A stretch of DNA of 64,000 bases, taken from assembly GCA_963715865.1 (NCBI GenBank), contig OY970280.1:2240001-2304000 (forward strand), in the 5' to 3' direction. The notes under the pieces were generated by a model. It searched no databases and was not told where the DNA came from. It was given only the letters and a program-made list of their open reading frames with translations. How positions within the stretch are numbered: the first letter of the stretch is position 1; every line of letters starts with the position of its first letter. This stretch comes from Candidatus Bathyarchaeota archaeon. GTDB lineage: Archaea; Thermoproteota; Bathyarchaeia; Bathyarchaeales; Bathycorpusculaceae. Shown here piece after piece: positions 28,410 through 38,488 of this stretch. Position numbers and translations under genes: made by a program.

Positions 28410-29135
28410 TCACTTTCTGAACTTTTGCAGTTTTCTTAGCATCTCTTTGTCGCCTTCAGCGTCTCCAGCGCATGTGGCGATTATGCCGTCTACCAAGCCA
28501 TCCAGCTTTGCTGCCTTTTCTTCAACTGTATCCATGGTTGCGGCGACTGGCCACCCAATCATTTTCACTGTTTCTACATTTTTAGGTGTTCCCACTAGGA
28601 AGTATGAGTAGATGGGCTTGTTTAGGCGTTTGCACTCTTTAGCCACCTGCTCCAGTATTGGGAAGGATTTGTCTTCAAGCCTCATGAAGTAAATGAAGTC
28701 CCATGGCTCTCTCACTCGGGCAAGGGTTTCCTCTACAGATCGTCTTGCCGTTAGTAAGCAGCCAAGCTTGAGGTTTTTGGTCTTTACTGTGTTGCGTATG
28801 AAGTCTCGGGCTTCCTCGGAGGACGCCAACATTTTTATGGGCTCTCCGTACTTGGGGTCGTCGCCCATGGTAACTGCCAAGCCGTCGAGACCAACGATGT
28901 CTGCGGCTAAAGCTAAGCCTCCTACTTCGACTGGGCCTTTGTATTTTAGGATAAATATTGGTACGATTATTTTTTCAGGGTATTTAGTTTTGAGGATGCA
29001 ACTTACAACTGTGCCGCTGGCGGCTGGAAAACCGGCAGCGCTGTCAGTGACGTTCCATCCATCAACTAGATCTTTGATTTCGTCTGCAAGTTTTAGAAAT
29101 TTGCGTGTTGGAACAAACTCGTTTAGTATTTTCAT
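28410..29135 (-). CDS. Methylenetetrahydrofolate reductase-like flavoprotein (short archaeal type)
   Basis: MKILNEFVP...VTDSAAG...VPIF...AVTMGDDPKYG mirrors MetF EFFPP/VT..AGG/LRGD.P; start at ATG 29135 preferred (ORF track 29198). Confidence 0.65.
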   Translation of the reverse strand: MKILNEFVPTRKFLKLADEIKDLVDGWNVTDSAAGFPAASGTVVSCILKTKYPEKIIVPIFILKYKGPVEVGGLALAADIVGLDGLAVTMGDDPKYGEPIKMLASSEEARDFIRNTVKTKNLKLGCLLTARRSVEETLARVREPWDFIYFMRLEDKSFPILEQVAKECKRLNKPIYSYFLVGTPKNVETVKMIGWPVAATMDTVEEKAAKLDGLVDGIIATCAGDAEGDKEMLRKLQKFRK

Positions 29136-29286
29136 AGAGAGTTCATCTCGGCTTAAGGCTAGATGTGTTTTCATTAAAAAATCTTTTGCATGTGGCAAAG
29201 CAGGCTTTAAAGCGGATGCCTAATTGAGAAGCAATTTATCATTGCCAAACATTCTCAGGGAAAAAAACAAGAAGTATAAAAAACAC

Positions 29287-30204
29287 TTAGCGCTGTCGGT
29301 TTCGTTTTCGGTTTTTAGGTTGTTGATGAGCGGCGAAGCTTTTTTCTGCTCGTTGTTTTTTGAATCTGGAAAGCTTTATGGTTTCTTCTTTATCTGTTTC
29401 TTCTTTGGCGATGTCTAGGTTTTTTAGCATTTTTTTCCCAGCCTCTGACCTTACAATGACTGTTGAGTATCCATTTTGGCTGCCTGCAGCGCCGACTGAG
29501 ATATCCGCAAGGCGGGCTGAGAAGTCATCGCAGTAATGGCATCCTTTTTCGACAGCTTTACCGAGGTCTCTTACTTTGCAACTGTATTCTTTTCCTTTAA
29601 GATGTAATATGAATTTTCCCTTTCGAATCTGGGTTTTTTCGACTTTGTCTATGTCGACGCCTAAACGTGTTTTTATTTCTTCTTTCAATTTGCCGTAGTT
29701 GAAGGCTTCGGAACAGAACAATCCTAAAATTGTGAGTTCTTGATTTGAAGAATTACGTTTGAGGGTTTGTTGTATTTTTCTTGCCGCCCTAACCTCGCAT
29801 GGTGTGCAAACGATTGCTATCTTCTTTTTCCCCTGGTCTGCTATTTCTCGTAGTTTGGGCGTAACTCTTACTCTGAGATATTTTGTTCCCCTTGCCGCCA
29901 TTACATCATTAACGTTATCTGCTACGACCGCTTCCGCGTTATATCCTTCTTTGCGTTGGACCACGATGGCTGAGTCGACCAATCCCTCCTTAATTCCTGA
30001 AACCAACAGTGCTGTAACTATTCCGCCGTCTTGCCCGTCGATACCGCTTTTTGCAGAAAATATGTCGCAGTAAACGCCAAGGTTTTCGTTCTTTGTTCCT
30101 TTCAGAAATTCTTGCTCTATTTTTGCTTCGTCTTGTGCTTTATAGTTTCGATATTTCTCTATGGTTTTTTCTGTGCGGCCATCAGCCATTAAAAGCGCAA
30201 CCAA
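29287..30204 (-). CDS. F420 hydrogenase/dehydrogenase beta subunit (FrhB family)
   Basis: GQDGGIVTALL, GTKY, CTPCEVRA, GLFCSEAF, GCHYCDDF..RLADISVG. Confidence 0.9.
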   Translation of the reverse strand: MVALLMADGRTEKTIEKYRNYKAQDEAKIEQEFLKGTKNENLGVYCDIFSAKSGIDGQDGGIVTALLVSGIKEGLVDSAIVVQRKEGYNAEAVVADNVNDVMAARGTKYLRVRVTPKLREIADQGKKKIAIVCTPCEVRAARKIQQTLKRNSSNQELTILGLFCSEAFNYGKLKEEIKTRLGVDIDKVEKTQIRKGKFILHLKGKEYSCKVRDLGKAVEKGCHYCDDFSARLADISVGAAGSQNGYSTVIVRSEAGKKMLKNLDIAKEETDKEETIKLSRFKKQRAEKSFAAHQQPKNRKRNRQR

Positions 30205-30302
30205 ACTGTTTTATTGAAAGTTAGTGAGCATTTTCGACCAAATAAAGCTTTAAAATCCTTGATATAGGCATAATGATATTTGCCTTAGTGTTCAGTTAAC
30301 AG

Positions 30303-30797
30303 GTGGGTTGCATGGGAGAGCATTTGGTGAATAAACCTAGACTTAAGTATGTCCATGGTGACGGAGGCATGCTTGATGAAATCAAGGTTTTATGGGAAAC
30401 CCTAAATAGACATCATCTGAGCGTGTCACCCTACTTCAAAGACTACTATCGAACTTTGACGTTTGAAGAAAGGAAGCGTGCTATTTTGCAGAGGGCTTCG
30501 GGCGGAGAAGTCAGGGTTGACCTTGCTTTGGATGCTTCAGGTGAGCTTATTGGTTATTGTGTAAGCAGCATTGACAGGTGGCTGACTGGTGAGATTGATT
30601 CCATTTTTGTCACTGCAAAATATAGAGGACAGGGCATCGGCAGAGCGTTAATGGAGAAAGCGCTGGCGTGGTTAAACGGTAAAGGGGCGAAAAAGAAGAT
30701 TGTTTCAGTGGCTGTCGGCAACGAGCAGGCTTACAGGTTCTATTCGCGGTTCGGCTTTCTTCCCAGAAGGACTTTGCTTGAACAGAAGAAACAGTAG
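30303..30797 (+). CDS. GNAT N-acetyltransferase
   Basis: IDSIFVTAKYRGQGIGRALM, GNEQAYRFYSRFGF. Confidence 0.88.
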   Translation: MGCMGEHLVNKPRLKYVHGDGGMLDEIKVLWETLNRHHLSVSPYFKDYYRTLTFEERKRAILQRASGGEVRVDLALDASGELIGYCVSSIDRWLTGEIDSIFVTAKYRGQGIGRALMEKALAWLNGKGAKKKIVSVAVGNEQAYRFYSRFGFLPRRTLLEQKKQ

Positions 30798-30873
30798 AAT
30801 GCGTGTGTTTTATCTAACTTTGCGAGGAAACGTAAATTAACCTTAGAACGGAAATGTTTTTAGCTGTGAGATT

Positions 30874-31653
30874 ATGAAGGTTGCTGTTTCTGGTAAAGGC
30901 GGCGTCGGCAAAACCCTGATTGCTGGCGGTTTAGCTCGCGGTTTTGCTGAGCGTGGATTAAAGACGATGGCGATTGATGCAGATTCTTCTCCGAATCTCG
31001 GCTTGACGTTAGGCTTATCCGTTGAGGAAACTCGCAAAATCGTTCCTATTTCAGAGAACAAGGAGCTTGTGGAATCAAAAACTAGCACGGGTTACTCAGG
31101 AGTTTACCGCTTGCAATTCACCGTTGACGACATCGTCAAAGACTATTCAGTTAGCACTCCGCTTGGCGTGAACTTGATTGTTATGGGTACAGTGCGGTCG
31201 ATGGGTGCAGGCTGCATGTGTGCTCCAAACGCTGTTATCCGTGCTTTGCTTAGGCATCTTGTTGTTGAACGAAACGAAGCAGTTGTTTTGGATTTGGAAG
31301 CTGGCGTGGAGCATATCGGCAGAGGCACCGCCAGACATGTTGATGCATTACTCATCGTTGCCGACTCCAACCTGAAATCTCTGGAAATTGCCAAGCACAT
31401 TCACGATATGGCTGCTGCCGCCGGCATGAAGCAGCTTTATCTTGTTGGCAACAGAGTAATGAACGAAGCCCAGAAAGAGGCTATTCAAAACTTCGCAGAC
31501 AAAAACGGCTTATCCCTGCTTGCTTTTGTACCCTTTGACCAGAAAGTGATTGAAGCTGACATGGTTGGTGAAACGCCGCTTAAAAACAAGGAAATCTCAG
31601 CGGTTAAGACCATAGATAATATATGCGAGCTTTTGCTTAAGAAAACCGCATAA
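30874..31653 (+). CDS. cooC: CODH/ACS nickel-insertion ATPase CooC1
   Basis: GKGGVGKT, DADSSPNL, GAGCMC, DLEAGVEHIGRG. Confidence 0.92.
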   Translation: MKVAVSGKGGVGKTLIAGGLARGFAERGLKTMAIDADSSPNLGLTLGLSVEETRKIVPISENKELVESKTSTGYSGVYRLQFTVDDIVKDYSVSTPLGVNLIVMGTVRSMGAGCMCAPNAVIRALLRHLVVERNEAVVLDLEAGVEHIGRGTARHVDALLIVADSNLKSLEIAKHIHDMAAAAGMKQLYLVGNRVMNEAQKEAIQNFADKNGLSLLAFVPFDQKVIEADMVGETPLKNKEISAVKTIDNICELLLKKTA

Positions 31654-31668
31654 CAGTTTGAGGTTTAT

Positions 31669-32445
31669 TTGAAAATGAAAACTCTGGTAACGGTGGGTCG
31701 TGGCGGAACAGGAAAATCCAGTTTCACCGCTCTAATGACAAAATGCTTCATCGAAACTGGACAAGCACCCTTATTACTGGTTGACGCAGACCCAGACCAG
31801 AACCTTGCCGAAATGCTCGGAATAGACCTCAGAGAAGCTGGAAAATCAACCATCGCCGAATTGCTTGTCAGCACATTCATCGAGAAAGGAGGCACCACAG
31901 TAGGAATTCCTCCAACGGAACGAATAGAAAGTAGAATTTGGGAAAACGGCTTATACGAGAGCAAAAATTTCGACTTCCTTGCAATCGGCACTAAATGGGT
32001 TGAAGGCTGCTACTGCATGCCCAACTCCGCTTTGAAGGCAGCGCTGGAATCTTTGACGAAGAACTACAAGTACGTGCTCATCGATTCTCCCGCGGGGCTT
32101 GAACACTTGAACAGGCGCATCGCGTCAAAGGTGAATGACGTTTTCGACATTCTTGACCACTCAAAGAAGAGCTTTGAACATGTCAAACGAGCGTACCGCA
32201 TCGCCAAAGAAGTCAACATGGAATTTAACAATTTCTACCTCATCGGCGGCTACAGGTTTCCCGCTGAACTCGGCAGTAAAGCTGAGAGCGAATTGAAGTT
32301 TAAGTATGTGGGCAAAATCGTTGCTGACGAGCAGGTAGACGATTACGTTCTTAATGGGAAATCATTGCTTGACTTGCCTTCTGACAACGCCGCGTATCTT
32401 TCTGTTAAAGCGATAATGAGGGCAACGGGTTACATACAGCAATAA
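31669..32445 (+). CDS. cooC: CooC2/AcsF-type nickel-insertion ATPase
   Basis: GRGGTGKS, DADPDQNL, EGCYC, DSPAGLEHLNRR. Confidence 0.88.
   Translation: MKMKTLVTVGRGGTGKSSFTALMTKCFIETGQAPLLLVDADPDQNLAEMLGIDLREAGKSTIAELLVSTFIEKGGTTVGIPPTERIESRIWENGLYESKNFDFLAIGTKWVEGCYCMPNSALKAALESLTKNYKYVLIDSPAGLEHLNRRIASKVNDVFDILDHSKKSFEHVKRAYRIAKEVNMEFNNFYLIGGYRFPAELGSKAESELKFKYVGKIVADEQVDDYVLNGKSLLDLPSDNAAYLSVKAIMRATGYIQQ
32293..32445 (+). repeat. 153-bp direct repeat, left copy (3' end of cooC2)
   Basis: Aligns without gaps to 35840-35992; 41/50 identical residues and a shared stop. Confidence 0.9.
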
Positions 32446-32496
32446 AATTGAAGGTCGGGCTGACTATGATTGATGTAGCCCGCGAGGCTGCATGCC

Positions 32497-33123
32497 TCAT
32501 TTTCTCCCTGCGAGGACATCGTCAACTCGAGGGAAAGGAGGACGAGGACCAAACGTGGAGCAAGTTCTGCCAGTGGGGCATACGTCACGGCAATAACTAC
32601 ATGTCGAGCAGAGACCTGCCTTTTCTGGGAAAACTGCAATGCATCGGTATACTCCTCTACCAATGAATCCTATAGCGCTTTCCCAATTTGCTTCAACACA
32701 ACGACGTACACATAGTCCGCAAAGGATGCATTTTGTTGGGGCCAATGGTACCCTTGACCTGAATCGAGATAAATCCGCGTTATATTCGCTGACCAACGCC
32801 CTCATTTTGCTACTGACATCTTCTCCCGCGGATGTGGCAGCTAATTCTAAAATGATCTTTCTTATTTTAACGATTTTGGGAGATCTGGTTTTTACCTTTA
32901 ACCCCTCCTCCGCTGGATAGCAACATGAAGCTACCACTTGAGCCCTTCCTCTTTTTTCGATTTCTACACTGCAAAATCGACAGGCACCGTAGGGTTCCAG
33001 TCCTTCATACCAGCATAGGGTTGGGATTTCCACGCCTGCATGCTGCGCCGCCTCTAAAACGGTTGTTCCTTCCTCTGCCTTAACCTCTTTATCATCAATC
33101 TGTAAAGTAATGACTTTCTTCAT
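32497..33123 (-). CDS. Small Fe-S subunit, NuoG-N/HydA-N/HoxU-like, with no catalytic domain
   Basis: IPTLC...GACRFC...SC [2Fe-2S]; CILCGLCVRRC and CSTCSYCRDVCP. Confidence 0.85.
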   Translation of the reverse strand: MKKVITLQIDDKEVKAEEGTTVLEAAQHAGVEIPTLCWYEGLEPYGACRFCSVEIEKRGRAQVVASCCYPAEEGLKVKTRSPKIVKIRKIILELAATSAGEDVSSKMRALVSEYNADLSRFRSRVPLAPTKCILCGLCVRRCVEANWESAIGFIGRGVYRCIAVFPEKAGLCSTCSYCRDVCPTGRTCSTFGPRPPFPRVDDVLAGRK

Positions 33124-33124
33124 T

Positions 33125-35053
33125 CTAGTTCTCTCCTTTCAATTTTCGAATTGGTTTCATTCCTTTTGGTGGAAGCGGAATGGGCTCTCCCGAAAGCTTT
33201 TTCACCGCATGGAAATTGCAAATTTCATAGCATGTCCCACATTTTATGCATTTTTCTTGGTCAATCCAATGAACCTGATCCTTGTCGCCTTGAATAGCTC
33301 CTGCTGGGCATTCCTTTAAGCAAAGGAGGCAAGCTTGACATTTCTCTGGATTTATGTAAAAATCTATCAGAGCTTTACAAACGTTAGCTGGGCAACGTTT
33401 CTCTATTATGTGCTGCTCCCATTCGTCTCTGAAATACTTCAGAGATGTGAGGACAGGATTTGCTGCGGTTCTGCCCAATGCGCAGAGTAAAACCTCCCTC
33501 ATTGTTTCAGCTATCTCTTCAGTTGTCTGTATGTCCTCACTTTTCCCTTTGCCAGCGCAGATATCACTTAGAATGCTGGAGAGCACTCTCAGCCCTTCAC
33601 GACAGGGGATACATTTTCCGCAGGATTCCTCGAGGAGGAAATCGACAAAATATCTAGCAACATCTACCATGCAGGTGTCTTCGTCCATGACTACCATGCC
33701 TCCAGAGCCCATCATTGAGCCAACTTTTACAAGTTCATCGTAGTCTACTGGAATATCGAGGTGCTGCTCTGGGATGAAGCCTCCAGACGGCCCTCCGATC
33801 TGAACAGCTTTAAACTTCTTGCCGTCTCTAATGCCTCCACCTATCTTAAAGATTAAATCCCGAAGAGTTATTCCCATAGGCACCTCAACTAAACCTGTGT
33901 TGTTAACTTTCCCAACGAGGGAGAAGATCATAGTTCCGCTGTTGCCTTCGGTTCCTATGCTCCTAAACCACTCAGCGCCTTTAAGGACTATTAGAGGGAT
34001 GGTAGCCCACGTCTTAACGTTGTTGAGGAGGCTAGGCTTATCCCAAAGGCCTTTAACCGCTGTGTGAACGTATTTGGGTCTGGGTTCACCAACCTTCCCC
34101 TCGATTGCTGTCATAAGAGCGCTAGATTCTCCTGAGACAAAAGCTCCTGCACCCTTGTGAACCTTAACCCTGAGGCTTAGACTCGAGCCAATAATGTCTT
34201 CGCCGAGCAACCCGTACTCTTCAGCCTGCCTTATAGCTGTGGATATGTTTTCTACAGCTATAGGATACTCTTCCCTAACGTAAACAAAGCCTTCATTGGC
34301 TCCAATCGCATACGCGCCTATTATGAGACCTTCGAGCACACTATGAGGATTACCTTCCATCAGAGATCTATCCATAAAGGCTCCTGGGTCTCCTTCATCA
34401 CAGTTAACGATGACATACTTAGGCTCGCCAGGTGCGTTCCGCGTGGTTTCCCACTTTAACCCCGTTGGAAATCCTCCTCCACCCCTTCCCCGCAGTTTTG
34501 ACTTTTTAACTTCCTCAACCACCTGTTCAGGTGTCATTTCGAAGAGGACTTTGGCAAGGGCGCTGTATCCCCCTAGAGCAATGTAATCTTCGATATTCTT
34601 TGGGTCTATTTTCGCGTTATTTTCCAGAAGCAATCTACGCTGGTATTTGTAGAAGGGTATGTCCTCAAGCTTCTGCACTTCTTTGCCGGTGGCTGGGTCT
34701 TTGTATAGCAACCGTTCCACAACTTTCTTTTCAAGAATGCTTTTAGAAACAATTTCCGGGGCATCTTCAGGCTTAACCTTAAAATAACAGATTTCTTCTG
34801 GATAGATCGTTACCCTTGGTCCCTGCTCACAGAAGCCCAAGCATCCTGTTTCCTTAATTTCCACTTGATCTTTTAGTCCTTGCTTCTCCAGTTCGGCTAT
34901 GAAAGCTTCCTTAACCTTCGAAGCGTCAAGCGCAACACAGCCTGTGCTAACACAAACCGAGACGCTGGATTTACTCGGTTTTCTCTTGGACTTGATTTCT
35001 TCGCGAAGCTTTTCGAGGTCTTTAGGTGATCGTATACACTTAACGGTTTCCAT
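33125..35053 (-). CDS. NADH/FMN subunit, NuoF/HydB-like, with extra N-terminal 2Fe-2S and C-terminal 2x4Fe-4S domains
   Basis: TGCLGFCEQGP, RGRGGGGFPTG, NCDEGDPGAFMDR, SCGKCIPCREG, CPANVC, CQACLLC...CIKCGTC. Confidence 0.93.
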   Translation of the reverse strand: METVKCIRSPKDLEKLREEIKSKRKPSKSSVSVCVSTGCVALDASKVKEAFIAELEKQGLKDQVEIKETGCLGFCEQGPRVTIYPEEICYFKVKPEDAPEIVSKSILEKKVVERLLYKDPATGKEVQKLEDIPFYKYQRRLLLENNAKIDPKNIEDYIALGGYSALAKVLFEMTPEQVVEEVKKSKLRGRGGGGFPTGLKWETTRNAPGEPKYVIVNCDEGDPGAFMDRSLMEGNPHSVLEGLIIGAYAIGANEGFVYVREEYPIAVENISTAIRQAEEYGLLGEDIIGSSLSLRVKVHKGAGAFVSGESSALMTAIEGKVGEPRPKYVHTAVKGLWDKPSLLNNVKTWATIPLIVLKGAEWFRSIGTEGNSGTMIFSLVGKVNNTGLVEVPMGITLRDLIFKIGGGIRDGKKFKAVQIGGPSGGFIPEQHLDIPVDYDELVKVGSMMGSGGMVVMDEDTCMVDVARYFVDFLLEESCGKCIPCREGLRVLSSILSDICAGKGKSEDIQTTEEIAETMREVLLCALGRTAANPVLTSLKYFRDEWEQHIIEKRCPANVCKALIDFYINPEKCQACLLCLKECPAGAIQGDKDQVHWIDQEKCIKCGTCYEICNFHAVKKLSGEPIPLPPKGMKPIRKLKGEN

Positions 35054-35066
35054 GTTTATTCACCTG

Positions 35067-35714
35067 CTACGTATATTTAGATAGAATTCTTTTCACGGCG
35101 AGCAGCTTTAAGTTTCCATAGTATTCGCCGTCAATAGTCATCATTGGGCCGAGAGCGCAACAGCCTAAACAGTTGACTGTTTCAAGACTGAATCTGCCGT
35201 CTGGGGTGACTTCACCCGTATCTATGTCGAGAAAGCTCTGCAACTTCTCAAGGATTATTGGCGCACCTCTCACTTTACAGGAAGTTCCCGTGCAAACCCT
35301 TATTAGATGTCTCCCTCGCGGACTGAGAGAGAAGGCTTTGTAAAAGGTTGCGACTTGGTATACTTGATTGATAGGTATCCCCAGCTGTTTGCTTACTTCT
35401 GATAGCATTTCCATCGGAAGCCAGCCGAAATTCTTTTGCAATCTCAAAAGGATTTGAATTAACATGCTTTTGTCGTATTGGTAGTCCTCTATTGTCTTAT
35501 TCACTATTCCAGCAATACCACGCAATTTTACATGTTGCTCTTTTAATGAGAATTTGCTTTTCAACTCCATATCCAACCCTTTTCGACGTAACATTTGAGC
35601 TTTTTCTTCAGGAATCCTAACCTTGTAACGGCATGTAGGGCAGGTGGCATAATGCTCGTTCTCGCCTTGGTAATCCCATCTATAGTCACAATGTTGACAT
35701 ATGAGCAATACCAT
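35067..35714 (-). CDS. NuoE/HydC-like [2Fe-2S] subunit with fused N-terminal Zn-ribbon
   Basis: VATFYKAF, VCTGTSCKVRG, VNCLGCCALGP; N-terminal CQHC...CPTC. Confidence 0.88.
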   Translation of the reverse strand: MVLLICQHCDYRWDYQGENEHYATCPTCRYKVRIPEEKAQMLRRKGLDMELKSKFSLKEQHVKLRGIAGIVNKTIEDYQYDKSMLIQILLRLQKNFGWLPMEMLSEVSKQLGIPINQVYQVATFYKAFSLSPRGRHLIRVCTGTSCKVRGAPIILEKLQSFLDIDTGEVTPDGRFSLETVNCLGCCALGPMMTIDGEYYGNLKLLAVKRILSKYT

Positions 35715-35839
35715 TTTACTACCTACCTACCTAGGAAGTCATGCATCTGTAAGTGCTATAAGAGCTTTTCGATTTAGAGCGCGCGCACGAGAAACGGCTG
35801 GGAACATTGACGAATGGATTTTTATTTCGGACGCGAACT

Positions 35840-35992
35840 TTGAAGTTTAAGTATTTGAGCAAGATGGCTGCTGATGAGCAACTGGACGAGTACGTTCTTA
35901 ATGGGCAGTCACTGCTTGATTTGCCTTCTGACAATGCCGCGTATCTTTCTGTTAAGGCTATCATGAAGGCGACGGGTTACATAAAGCAATAA
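35840..35992 (+). repeat. 153-bp direct repeat, right copy (orphan cooC2 3' tail)
   Basis: LKFKYLSKMAADEQLDEYVLNGQSLLDLPSDNAAYLSVKAIMKATGYIKQ*. Confidence 0.9.
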
Positions 35993-36125
35993 CCCCAGTT
36001 CTTATGTACAAGATTGCGTTTTTGAAGCTTACATTCTTCAACGTGAACCATGACTATACAACGGGAACTCTGGAAAGGTTTAAAACGGTGTAGTGTTAGG
36101 TATTCTCTAAAACCTTAACGGAGGT

Positions 36126-38482
36126 TTGACATTGACCAGCAAAAATGTACACGTAAAGATAGATGAAATGAAGACTAGTACTGGTCTTATTAAGAACCTT
36201 GAAGTTTCTATAGGAAAAATTGTTAATGACAACTGGACCGAGCCCATGGGACCCACCCCAATGCCCTCACTAACAACCTTGAGGGACTGGGACATGAAGC
36301 TCCTCACCAGATACAAGCCCTTCTATATGCCTGATTGTGACCTCTGCTGCCTCTGCACTTATGGAAAATGCGATTTGACAGCTGGTAAACGTGGAGCTTG
36401 CGGTTTAGATATCGGTGCCCAATCGTCTCGTATAGTGCTTTTGGCTTGCAGTATTGGAGCGGCAACCCACACAGGTCACGCCCGTCATGTTGTTGACCAC
36501 TTGATCGAGAAATATGGTCGAAAGCATCCTATTGATGTAGGCGGCTTAAACGTTAAGGTTGAAGCTCCAGTAACGAGACTTGTCACTGGAATAAAACCTG
36601 AAACTCTTGGCGACCTAGAGGAAGTTTTGGAATACTGCGAAATGCAGATTACTCATTTACTCTCAGTTGCGCATACAGGCCAAGAAGGAAACAATTTGGA
36701 TTTTGAATCAAAGGCTTTTCATGCTGGTAGAATTGACCAAGTAGGCATGGAAGTCGCGGATATAGCTCAAATCTCAACACTAAACTTCCCGAAAGCTGAT
36801 CCTGAAGCGCCACTCATCAAAATGGGTATTGGATCTGTCGACACATCAAAACCAGTCATCATGTGCATCGGTCATAACGTCGTGCCCTCAGTTGGAATTA
36901 TCGATTACATGAAAGAAAGCAAGCTTGACGACAAAATGGAAGTCGTGGGATTATGTTGTACTGCCTTCGACAACACAAGATATTACGACCGAGCAAAAAT
37001 CGTCGGTCCAATCTCATGGCAACTACGCTTCATACGTGGAGGATTCGCAGATGTAGTCGTCCTTGACGAGCAATGTGTCCGAACAGATGCTTTTGATGAA
37101 GCACGCAAAGTTCGCGCTCCAGTCATCGCCGCGTCAGAGAAGAACTGTATGGGCTTTAAGAACCGCACAAACGACCCGGCAGACGAAATCGTCGCTGACC
37201 TTGTAAGCGGCAAAGTACCTGGTGTACTCATTCTTGACCCTGAAAAAGTCGGCGAAGTAGCAGTCAAAGTTGCAAAGCAAATAGCACCTATACGCAAGAA
37301 AATGACTAATCTTCCCACGATCGATGAAATAAAATCTCTTGCTAAAACCTGCAGACAATGCAACCTTTGCCAGAGAAGCTGTCCACAGGACCTTAGAATC
37401 CCCGCCGCGCTGAAAGCCGCCGCTGAAGGAAACCTTGCGCCATTAACTGACTTGTATGAAGAATGTATCGGTTGCGGACGCTGTGAAGAAGCATGCCCAG
37501 TCAAACTACAAATACACAGCTTCATAGTCAAAGCTGGCGAGAAGTCAATGACGGAAGAAAAGAACTTATGCCGTGCAGGCAGAGGCGCCGTCCAAGACAT
37601 AGAAATACGCAATGTCGGCAGCCCAATCGTACTCGGAGAAATTCCCGGCATACTTGCAGTCGTGGGTTGCGCAAACTATCCACATGGCGGCAAAGATGTC
37701 TATGATATATGCAGAGAATTTGCTCTACAGACGCTTTATAGTGGTAACATCAGGTTGCTCGGCCATGTCCGCAGGAAGCTACAGAAATGAAGAAGGCAAA
37801 ACATTATACGAGGAATTCTCAGGCGGATTTGAGGCTGGAGGAGTACTTAACGTCGGTTCATGTGTTGCAAATGCGCATATTGCAGGCGCCGCCATCAAAG
37901 TCGCTAACATCTTTGCAAAGAGGAACTTGCGAGGTAACTACGAGGAAATAGCTGATTATATCCATAACCGTGTAGGCGCAGTCGGCTTAGCTTGGGGTGC
38001 ATACTCGCAGAAAGCAGCATCAATTGCTTCTGGCTTCTGGAGTTTAGGCGTTCCAGTACTCGTTGGTCCACACGGCAGCAAATACCGGCGCATGCTCCTT
38101 GGTAGAGAGGACAAGCCTGAAGATTGGGAAGTTTACGATGCACGCACAGGCAACAAAGTAAACATCGGGCCAGTCTCCCGAACACTTGTTCCAAACAGTT
38201 GAAACACCACAAGAAGCAATGGTCGCCATCGCAAAACTATGCATCAGACCAAACGACACTTGGAAAGGACGCAGCATAAAACTAAGCCACTACGTAGACT
38301 TACACAAACGCTACTATGGATGCATGCCGCAGGACTTGCACTTGTTCGTGCGAACAATGGCTGATGTGCCAATGACACTGAAAGAAGAATTCACCAAGAT
38401 ACTGGAAGAGAAAGGCTGGAAGGAAACTGTGATTCCTGACCCAACATTGCTTCCAAGAATGATTCGTAAAATGAAGGAGTGA
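36126..38482 (+). CDS. cdhA: ACDS CO dehydrogenase alpha subunit, split into three ORFs by two apparent +1 frameshifts (~37727, ~38177)
   Basis: PDCDLCCLCTYGKC, GHNV, GLCCT, DEQC, two CxxCxxC ferredoxin motifs, VGSCVANAH; homology continues across the frame changes. May be a pseudogene or an assembly error. Confidence 0.9.
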
Positions 38483-38488
38483 TAAGAC

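Noticed and set aside
37720-38185. Programmed ribosomal frameshifting in cdhA
   Set aside because: No slippery heptamer or downstream structure seen, and three independent +1 events are clustered; error or mutation is more parsimonious.
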